DNA of 63,749 bases, filler included, from Phoronis australis (Eukaryota; Animalia; Phoronida): assembly GCA_002633005.1 (NCBI GenBank). It is 4 parts of 4 records of this genome, joined end to end, with 100 filler letters (N's around TTAATTAATTAA, not from the genome) between each part and the next. Parts side by side here need not be neighbours in the genome. Positions count along the whole stretch, not along the records: positions 26,604 to 58,293 come from NMRA01000107.1; positions 58,394 to 61,101 come from NMRA01003478.1; positions 61,202 to 63,749 come from NMRA01003620.1; 1 more part is not named here. The stretch is one strand, 5' to 3'. The notes beneath the pieces were generated by a model, which saw nothing but the letters and a program-made list of their open reading frames with translations, searched no databases and was not told the DNA's origin. The translations under genes were made by a program, and so were the position numbers. Below, piece after piece: positions 54,001 to 63,749 of this stretch (positions within the stretch are counted from its first letter, which is position 1; each line of letters begins with the position of its first letter).

Positions 54001-56089
54001 ATTCAATGAAGTTTCGACAAATAATTGTCTTCTCTTAAACAACGTATTGTTCTGATCGTCTGCTAAAACCTACTGCTGGTCCGGTACATATAGTGCAAGT
54101 AGCAGAAAGCTATCGGTCCCTTGATTTGTTATTTCATGTTAAATTTGTTCCGTATGTTGATTAGTTTATAATTGCTGCTATCTTAAATGAAATAAACACA
54201 CACTTTATGAGTTAAAATTTCTTGCAGTTCTGTAACGACATATATTATAAACTGATGCTGCCGCTAAGCTCTCTGAGGATTCGTGTAAATGCGCGTCTTA
54301 AAATAGTTCACAACGCAGGTGGTGATAACTGTGAGTTATTATATCTCGATACATGATATGCAAGCCGATTTAAACGAGGGCTTGCACATCACGTATCTCT
54401 ATGTAATAACCCACAGTTATCATCACGTACGTTATATAAATTTAGATTATTACATGGCGAAGTCGTTATCCCCCGTTATCTAGAGCCCTAGTGGATTTTG
54501 GAGAATTATCACCCGAGGGCTTTTTCTATTGTCACATTTTTCTTATGAACAATCCTAAAGACTTTTCCTCGTTTCTAGGTACAGATTCCAGTTCTGTCGT
54601 CGTTGTTTGTCCTTCCTGGCAACATTTATTTAGCTTTCGGCATCAGCGTCCTGGGCGGGTGTGGTCTTTCCGTAACATTTTTCCTACCTTGGTTGATGTT
54701 ACCGGATACCCTGGATGAGTACATGCTGAAAACAGGCAACCGGAAGGATACGATATTTTATTCCTTCTTCGTCTTCCTGTATAAACTGTCGTCTGGCGTT
54801 GCCTTAGGCTTGTCTCAGTTAATACTGCAGTAAGTGACACGACCAGTAGAAAATGTTCTAAATGCAGATGTGTCCGGAAAATATATAAGTGTAGGTTGAC
54901 TACCATTATGACAAACGAACATCGAAAACGGGGGCATGCTACTTAATTTGATTAACGTAGTTAAAACCTCTTATTGAACGCAATTACATGAAGTCTTTGC
55001 GTGTGCTGCGTCATTCGGGGTGTGTCGTAGACTTTTTCACACTGCGACTAAGTTGCTTTTCTTGAACGCAGAAAAACATGGAAATGTGCTATTACAATGC
55101 TGTTTAATAGTTGTTGGTACTGTCGTATCGTGCAGTCGCTTGCTGGCTATCCATTGGAATATCTCTCTTTATTCCAGGGCGGGAGGATACGACTCTACCG
55201 CATGCAAACAACCGCAGTCCGTTGGCCACACCCTCCGATTCATTCTGTCGCCTTTGCCCGTGTTTCTGTATATCATCGGTTTGATATTCATATACAAATA
55301 CCCAGTCAACAAGAAGACACGTAAACGAACGCAACAGCTACTAGCTGATCGAAGGTGCGTCACTGTTTTAATTACAATCAATTTTTGTTTTACATATGTA
55401 AGGGTTACATTCAGATTCATAATGCATTGCCGTCATAGACTATATAGTACTTGGACCGCCAATATTTTCAACCCACACGAATAATACGTGTCACTATTGG
55501 CTGCGACACAGCACTATGCACAAAACAGCGCCTGGTGTGATGGCCCATTTCACTTCGCGCAGCAAGTTCGTCCTCTGTCCACTAACCGGAAGCTTAGTTG
55601 TTCATCCGATGTGAAAGTAAAAACCAATGTTTTTCGAAAGATATCGACTATTGCAAATACATAATTCCCAACATATTCAGTGTCACAAACTTATTTTTTT
55701 CTGACTGGAAACCAACTGATGACGAGAAGTAGTTCAAGTTAAGTCATACATAAACGTTTTTCTTTCTGATGTTGTCCCAATTTTGAAATATTACTAGCCA
55801 TTTCTGAGAAGTGATGTTTTGAAGTTTCATTTTCCAGGGTTACCGTCATACTTTTGTATGACTGTTGTTTTTCGTGACAAAACTTATCTGATGTTTCTTA
55901 AGTGCTCAAGAAAGAAATTTTGAAACCATTTTATTGCATGAGAATCATATTTCTGCGTGTATTTTTAGTGTGAAAGAAGAAGAAAACGTACAAGAAAAAG
56001 ATGAAGTACCGAAAGCTCAGAACAAAGGAATCGATTCATTTGACAATCCTGCATTTAATTGGTCCAAGGAAGAATTGACGAGAGTTTAA
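45100..56089 (+). CDS. MFSD2A: MFSD2-family sodium-dependent lysophosphatidylcholine symporter (MFSD2A/B-like), 12 coding exons, 507 aa
   Basis: Exons 45100-45246, 46508-46632, 47864-47990, 49020-49098, 49783-49907, 50297-50387, 51950-52062, 52602-52685, 53336-53419, 54579-54829, 55178-55354, 55969-56089 total 1524 nt in frame. Motifs: CFGMGGMP, GKFWDAMTDPIVG, GRLTPW, VPYTSLTMYLS..Q.QRDKAT, LPWLMLPD, FYSFFVFLYKLSSG, CKQP, YP. An extra upstream coding exon is possible, since there is an acceptor at 45091. Confidence 0.9.
47559..47638. mobile_element. 80-bp MITE, CACAGGCG termini, 8-bp TSD
   Basis: gattagac|cacaggcgct...agcgcctgtg|gattagac. Confidence 0.85.
49607..49747. mobile_element. Harbinger/Tourist-like MITE with CAG TSD
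   Basis: cgttcagtagcgctaggacct ... aggtcctagcgtctactgaacg, flanked by cag on both sides. Confidence 0.65.
54318..54426. repeat. ~110-bp imperfect palindrome (fold-back element)
   Basis: gtgataactgtgagttatta..gatacatgatatgcaagcc / ggcttgcacatcacgtatc..taataacccacagttatcat. Confidence 0.75.
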
Positions 56090-56741
56090 TATCAAAAGAT
56101 TAATTGTTTGACTTTGAATGCCAAACTGTATCTTATATCTTGTTCATGTTGTAAATATTGCTATTTTGTGAGAACAACGTTTACAAAGTCTGAAGAAGTA
56201 CGGAAATTGGTATTTGTGTATATTACGTATTCCATGTATATAGGAAAAATAGTTTTGCAATATTGTAACGCACAAACTATCTCTTAGGAAGTTTAGAATG
56301 CAAATATTGTAGCTTCAAGAGTGATATATTTGAAAAATTAAGGTACTGTTTAAAGTATTAGACGGTGGAATGTAAGTCCGTGTTTTCTAACCACTTAGAC
56401 AAATACCTTTTAGGCTTCATTTTGGTTAAATATGTTAGAAAACGAATTTTAACGCAAAACCGACAGTCAAAACTTTTTAATAAATAATGTTCTTTCAACA
56501 TGACTTCTGGATTTGCCATTATAATTTTCCGATAGTTCAGTGTAGGCGAAGTGGTTTCCAAGATAACTGAAAAAGAAAATCCCGGGTATCGATCAAACTT
56601 GATCAGCATATAAAGGCGATTGATTATGTGTTGCAGAACTCTATCCATATTACTTTGAACAACTGGTGTACATCTGTTGGTACCTTCTCTGAAGATTCTG
56701 ATTACGAATTAGACGGAAGCAGTTCAATACCCATGCGTCCT

Positions 56742-56939
56742 CATGCGCGCATGCACGCATCCGGGGGGGGGGCTCGAATGACAAAAGTCCACTAAAAAGG
56801 CGCGAATGCGCGATTCATAGCTCTGAACATGGTACCCTGTTTTTTTTCTTTGTAGTCCCCCGTTTTTTTTGTGAGCAAAAAGTCCACATTGTCAAAAGTT
56901 CGAGCCCGCTCCCTTTATTTTAGGCCGGGTGTGCGCATG
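56742..56939. mobile_element. hAT-like MITE with 5-bp TSD
   Basis: gtcct|catgcgcgca...gtgcgcatg|gtcct, with subterminal aaaagtccac repeats. Confidence 0.7.
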
Positions 56940-57087
56940 GTCCTCTTGCATTTTTACTCGTACATGTATAGTAAGGAAGTCGGTTTATTTTAATTTGCAA
57001 AATATCTTTCTGTCTTGTTTGACGGACGGTTGTCGTGTCGGAAAACGGTACGAAAGTGGACACGCCTAATGTACTTGAAGCTGAAGG

Positions 57088-57604
57088 CTAGACAGTGACC
57101 ACCGTTTCTAGCTGGCCCTAATAGGAACGGTGAAACTTTCCAGGTAATTATGCTTAGACTGATTAAAACGTCCATGTCACACTGTTATAAGTACCTTTTC
57201 CGCATAGAGGGACACCTGATGAGGCCGTCGATGGCTTAAATTCCTTTCAACTTGAACAAATACTCATGTAATCAAACTTTTTCGTCGAGCCATCCTTCGT
57301 TCAGTTGCCGAAATCGGCAATTGGCCATTTTTACACTGCACGCGCTCCTATTTTTATTGCGCTTGCCAGGAGTGTGCCCAGTGCTGATTTGGGCAACTGA
57401 ACGAAGGACTTCTCGAACTAAAAGTTCGATTACGGGAGTATTTGTTTGAGTTGGAAGGAATTAAAGACATTAACCTTCTCCCAAGGTTTCCCTCTGGCTC
57501 TATGCGCAAAATCTACTTGTCACCAGCGTGACTTTAATGTCTTTATCAGTGCGAGGCTTCACCGTCTCTAGTGGGGTCAGCTAGAGACGGTGGTCACTCT
57601 CTAG
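57088..57604. mobile_element. Fold-back MITE with long imperfect TIRs and 7-bp TSD
   Basis: ctgaagg|ctagacagtgaccaccgtttctagctg ... cagctagagacggtggtcactctctag|ctgaagg. Confidence 0.8.
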
Positions 57605-57629
57605 CTGAAGGGAACAAAATGGCTGCATC

Positions 57630-58293
57630 TCTTTTTTTTATTTTTTTTTTTTTTAGCCGTGATATATATTTATTGAAGGATACACAGAACATACAAAGAA
57701 ATAATAACAAACCCAGAAACCGCGAAGCATTATATCTGGGTTGTAAACAATTCATAAATGAAACTTGTATACATAGAGATATATACAATTAAGTAGTATC
57801 TAAAATAAGTATTCCAATACTTAGACATGCTATTACAGATAAATAAAAACAAAAATATTTACAGATTCATGTAGGGAAATCAGATGCAACAATATTGATA
57901 AACGGTATATAAAAATTTGCTAACGTTGCTTAGGAGGAATTCGTTAAGAACAAAGTCAAGGTTAGGACTACCATTCAGTAATAATGTAACTCTAGTAGGG
58001 ATATTATTACAAGAATTGAGAGCGTTAACAACTGATTGGTTATCATTGAGTGCACGAAAGAGTGAGTCTCTCAGGGATTCGATGAGGGGACATTTGAAGA
58101 AAATATGAGGATAAGATTGATGGTCACCACATTTACAGTTTGGAGATACATTACTAAAGTTGTGCCTGAACTTGTCAGAGTTGAGGAAAAGGCCACATCT
58201 TGATCTGTACAATGCTATTTCGTTATCGCGGGTAAGGGAGAATTGAGTCAAGGGTGTTGAGTTATCAAAATTATGAAAAACAGTTCTAAAATT
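57630..58293 (-). mobile_element. 3' end of a non-LTR retrotransposon (LINE ORF2 C-terminal CCHC zinc knuckle, 3'UTR, poly-A), truncated by gap
   Basis: ORF 57880-58251 reads LYRSRCG..LN..KFRHN...SPNCKCG..QSYPHIFFKCP...LLLNG. AATAAA lies at ~57670 and an A-tail at 57630-57654. Confidence 0.8.
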
Positions 58294-61200
58294 NNNNNNN
58301 NNNNNNNNNNNNNNNNNNNNNNNNNNNNNNNNNNNNNTTAATTAATTAANNNNNNNNNNNNNNNNNNNNNNNNNNNNNNNNNNNNNNNNNNNNAACCTAA
58401 AAACCAAAGGTTACGTGAAAACTGACGTGATAGATTTCCATTTCAACGTGTAACAGATTGCCAGAAGACAAATGATAGGGAGTAAACAAATTAAAATAGT
58501 CGAATGCAATGGATATTTATCACTCACGTACCCTTTGCCATTGGGATTTGATTGTAATCTTAACTCATTAACCTGTATCGAGTTGACAGCATAAACATTC
58601 AGCATTGATTGATGTAACTATCACTGATAAACTTTTAGAAATCATTCCAAACAATAATAATGCTTTGATGTACGAAAAGATCCCGATTGCTACGTCAAGT
58701 ATCATATCACAACATATAAAGATTAACCATGACAGACTCTGGCTGGCGACTGACTGCCGCGAAGTCGACATCGGCGAGTGCCTCAGTTAACAGGCATCGG
58801 TAGAATAATCATGGAATAATCGTAAAAATAATGACAAACCTTACATTTGTATGAGGTCGTGCTTAATTCCTCTCATAGAAGCACCCTTTATACGCAATCT
58901 CAGATTCAGTTGGCACGGCTGCAAGCCATTTCACCATGTATTTAAAGGGCTCGCGAANATCGAGGCTGTTAATCTATCACCACTAGTACACGCACGCCCT
59001 CTAGTTATTGTAGATTTTCCGAATAGCCCCATTACGCTCGTATTTTTCCGACGACACTTTCCCCCCAAACGGCCCATCATAGTATCTCCCAAAATACGTC
59101 GCAAAAATTAACAAATTGGGCGTGCGTGTGACACGAGCGTACTCAAACGACGACAATCTTCTTTACAAAAAGGCGCAGAGTGACGCAAGAAATGGCGCTA
59201 ATTAGATTGTTTTTCTCTTAAACGACAGTAACGGGCAAGTTTGACTATCACTGACATGTTGCTTCACACGTTACAGGATCTCTGAAAATATACGCATAAC
59301 TGCTAGTTGCTCCGATTTTTCAGAAATTAATTCTTAACTGTGATATGCAAATAACTACACGAAAAATGTGCAATACCGGTGAAGTGAGAGAGTCAAAATT
59401 ATGATTCAATTCTCAGGTCACTTTCACGTTGTTCAGTCATTGTATTTAGGGCTGTTGCTAACCTGTGGTAGAACCATCTGGTTTGTGTAAAACTATCTGG
59501 AATTGATAAAAACACCAAAAAGTTCATATTAATTTTGCAAAGGTCTTGGGCCACGTACATTGAAACAGAAAATCACTGTCTCAAATTTTAACCAAAAGCG
59601 CAAGCACGACCAATCAAAGCATGCTGAAATGTAACTATAGCTCGTGGGCTTGGATAGAATGACGAACATTTACAACCGTGCGATTTCTGCTCACGTGCGT
59701 GGCGCTTTTGAAAAGTTGGATCTCTTTATCTAGAAGTATACATGTACTCATAGGCTCGTGAAATGAGAGGTTTATGTCATGCTTTCCCCTGATCCCTGAG
59801 GGTACGTACACATCTCTATTAGCGCGGTTATAAGAGATCATTTAAAACGATTTTAGAAACGAATTCCATAGAATTTTGGGTCTATGTAAAACCATATTTT
59901 GACCACACTTGGCTTTTTCCTGACTAGCCTATCTACCTTTCTGTACCTATTTTTCTGTGCCTAATTCTATGGGTTTATTCGACTGCGTGTTTGCTCGTCT
60001 ACCTACCTGTCTGTCAGTCTGTAGGTTTAGGTGCCTGTCTGACTGGATAACTTATTCTCTGTCTCAGTTTCTTTCCCCTTGTCCTTCTCGTTGTCTCTAT
60101 GTCTGTCTAGCTACTATCGACATGCTAATATCCACGAACACAGCAAAGATTTTTTTTATTTTATTAATTGAACACGGTTAACATGAACCCAATTAAATAT
60201 TCACCAATGCATTAAGATCTTTTGGTCTTTCACACACGATTAGATTCTTTAATAATAAATAAAATACAATTGTCACACCTTTGTCAGTATTCAAATGTAT
60301 TAATATTAAAGACCATTCTTTATACAAATATCGATTTGCTTTGTTAACACACCTAATTTTCAACAAAATTGATGGTGGGCTTACTGACACACCTATCGCC
60401 TTCACGGCCTGAATCATGTCTTTTGTTCATTCTGGTTTCTGCGTTGTTTGTCATAACATCGTCTCAGAAAATGTCATTTTATCGTCGTTAACACTATTTG
60501 GCCGAAGATAAGCTTCACCTTGTCAGTGGATTTTAACTCGGCGAGTTTCGCACCAGCGTAAATGTCAACAGTCTGAGAATTCGTTCTTTAGGAAACTGCA
60601 ACAAGCAGTTTCTCTGACACATATTCATAACAATTCCCGTGAATATTTTTGTCAGGAGGAGTGCAACGGCATTCAAAAACCCGCTCATTCTAGAAAGACC
60701 GTCTCCCCTGTCGCCAAGTTCCAGTTTGTGTTTGTTACCTTCTCGTTTATAGTTGCAAACTGCGTCTAGTCATTCCACTCACCCGAATGAATACTTCTAG
60801 CAACACGAGTGACCAATGCGTCAGAAGTGTACGCTCAGCACAAACACATGTTTGTTGATGTTAACTTGAATACATCACGACAGGTTTGGCGAAAATAGAC
60901 GTAATGGGGTAGTTTAGGAAACTAATACGCGTGGTGCCGTTGCAACGACCAGTGGCGGATTTGGATGGGGGCCAAGAGGGCCATGGCTTCCCTAAAACTC
61001 CCGCAAATATTCCATTTCGTAGTCCGAAGGTGCAAATGTCTGACGGGCAGAATCCTGGCTAATACTCTGCCTTGGCCCCCCACCAACTAAAAATCCCTGG
61101 ANNNNNNNNNNNNNNNNNNNNNNNNNNNNNNNNNNNNNNNNNNNNTTAATTAATTAANNNNNNNNNNNNNNNNNNNNNNNNNNNNNNNNNNNNNNNNNNN

Positions 61201-63749
61201 NTTCTTGCAACATTAAAAGTGAGAAACTGTCGTGCTAGTATCCCCAAGAAGTTGATTCGCCACCATCTGTTTAAAGGAATTTTTATGTGTTTTCGCGTTC
61301 CATGCTTCTTTAACGTGAGCATGTGCACCAACCGAGTACGTAAAGGTAGACGACCAAGGATTCCCATTGCAGCAATGCGGATTCATACATCTGTTTCAAA
61401 TTCAGGGTTAGTGTTCTACATGGAGCTACCGAGAAACCTCCTTCTGATCGCCGTTAGACCCTACTTCAGTATCGACACAACGAACACAGATACTCTGTCG
61501 CGTGTAAATGCCAATTTCACAAAAAATAGCAGAGTGACTTGTTCAAACCCATGACGATAACAACATATTGAAAACCCTGCAACTGTAATTAATTTGGAAA
61601 GAAACTCAGACTCAGATGAACAAAAAAAAAACACATGGATCATGACCAGAGGGTCTGAAAATAAGATTGTAGCATATGCGGGAGGGTGACATTTCCCCAC
61701 GGCCTCCGGTTTTGCAAGACTAAAGCTCCTGAATGCAGTTTTTAGAGCTTCTGAAACTGGAATAAGCCCCACTTGCAGCATTCTTGATCCGCCAGAGGGA
61801 GTGCTTCATACTGCTCCATTATAACAGAAAAAGTGGCCAAGCATGGAACTGTGTAATGTTGCATGAAACAGTCCTAATAAGAAGTCAACGATGTTCCCTG
61901 AATTTTTGACGCATTTGTAGAATTTGTTTACTGACAGCAATGTTCACTTAAATTTTAACAATTTTTCTTGATTATGAAGTCCTTTTGCTTATGATATTTT
62001 CTAGTTACATATTTGAAAACAAAACTGAGCCTTTATTTCAATGAAAATAAATTAGAACTATGTCCATAAATTTGAGACGTTGAAGGAAAAGTTCATGATT
62101 TGCATATCGGAAAACTTGCTCCTGAAATACAGCCGCTTATTTTCAATTATATTAAGAATTCAACATTTTGCTTTGTCTCGCTGTGTATCAAACCCCTACT
62201 CGATTTAGTAATGAAGACACAATAAAATCAAAACGTTTGCTGGGTTGTTTTAGCTGTCCATTTTTGTTGATTACCGGTGTGGGACTTTGCCCCACCTATA
62301 TAATAATGCCTTTGAAATTTGCATTAATAGTCGTTGTCCTGATCGTTCCTGAACTCAGTACTTGTACATGTACAATGTATATGTGAATAACATTTAATTT
62401 AAAAACATGGTGATCATCATGTTACCACTTTTTAAAAAAACATTGAAGTCGAAAATAAACTTTTCCGCCCACCGTAAATTCAAATATTAAGAATTTTGTT
62501 GAAAAATGTCCCAGGTCTCAGAGTCACCATGTTAACACAAATGAAGCTGGTTCAAGATTGATGATGTATACCAGACACCAGGTGGCGAGACAGGTTTGAC
62601 CGTGAGTCGACGGACCAAGAACTTCCAAACAACATGTGGAAATCGACGACATGAGTGAGCATGCGCAAAATTTAGCTTGTCCAAGAGTAGTATACGCTTG
62701 TGTTGGCTTGCAAAGTAAATTCGATTAATACTGAAGGTGTCTCTTGTATCGAGATTCCCCGGTGTCGGTAAATCTTGATGATCAACAATTACTCCTGATT
62801 TCTTAAATGCGTTGAGGACCTTTCTTCTTGCTTCCAAAAAGCAGCTTTTTGAGCGCCGTGCACGAAAAATAAACTGGCGTTTTTCATAACGTTTTTCAGA
62901 GAAACTGTGATTTGAAGGGTCACCCTTAACCTTACGTAACGTAGTATTTTAGGCGACAGGGGCTTGGCGTGCTCGTGGGAGGGCTGGTGGCGCCCTGGGT
63001 GGAGAATTGGTGTTATCAACTGTGGAACAAAACCTCTGACTACTAGAGTTCCGCGAAAGTTGAAAAATACAAGGCCGTGAATCGAGAAATCGATAATTCT
63101 ACGAGCATGAATCGTGACGCTATCCCCGACCTCGTCTTAATTGTTAGAAAACCATATAGAACTGTTGACCCATCCCTTTTGAGTTGTTTGAACGAATGTT
63201 TCGATTTGTATGGAAACATCGTGTTAGTAAAGTTTTTGCTGATGTGCAAAATTTCCTGTTAAAGTTACGTTTCCCTTCTTATTCACCGGCCGAGTTTAGG
63301 ACACAAGATGAGTTTCGTTCATCGAAATATACCACTGAAATACAGACATTAACAATATTCGGCCCTGCTTGTGTTTGCTTTATTTTGCTTTAGAGTTTTA
63401 CAAAATTGTATGTAAAACTAAATGCACTTCAAAAAAGTGGACAAAATTTCCGCAGAAACCTTATTATATATGTCGGCAGTTGAGTAATTACCCATCGGGA
63501 CTGAGTCAGCTGTCGGTCACTATCAATGATGACGGAGGCCATTTTAAGTTGTAGTGCGCCACCAGTAATATCAATCGAACTAGAAAAATCGTATTAAACT
63601 CCTTTAAGTTGGGAAATGTTTGGAGTTGTGTTGAAAGGGCTTCATTTGGGCTTAAGTTTCGACTGGGCTTACTTGCGTTAAAATCCACTTTAAAAGTTTT
63701 ATAGCTAAAATAATGCGGTAGGAGTATCTTTAATATTACATGACTCTGT

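Noticed and set aside
61202-63260. Several 70-110-aa ORFs at the right end
   Set aside because: No recognisable protein motifs or consistent exon chain; probably transposon debris.

Overview
This is AT-rich, intron-rich animal genomic DNA from a draft scaffold with N-gaps. It is probably a marine invertebrate deuterostome, inferred from gene structure and repeat types. It is not prokaryotic and has no CRISPR or rRNA. Manual splicing supports five protein-coding loci. (1) A TRNAU1AP/SECp43-family RRM gene (- strand, 5 exons, runs off the left edge). (2) A complete 9-exon PAK1IP1/MAK11 WD40 gene (+, 391 aa), head-to-head with (1) across 330 bp. (3) An orphan last exon of an EndoU/PP11 poly(U) endoribonuclease (-), tail-to-tail with PAK1IP1. 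(4) The first five exons of MFSD14/HIAT1 (-), with exon 4 present twice and the 3' half missing, probably lost in a gap. (5) A complete MFSD2-family Na+/lysolipid symporter (+, 12 coding exons, 507 aa). The rest is dense with non-autonomous DNA transposons: a Helentron/pearl-like element carrying a higher-order satellite, MITEs with 3-, 5-, 6-, 7- and 8-bp TSDs, and THAP relics. There is also a tRNA-SINE and a LINE 3' end. I cannot demonstrate a new biological system. The most unusual signal is three independent minisatellites built from a 3' splice site plus adjacent exon sequence. Also notable are the apparently ancient TRNAU1AP/C6orf52-PAK1IP1 head-to-head pairing and the stranded EndoU exon.
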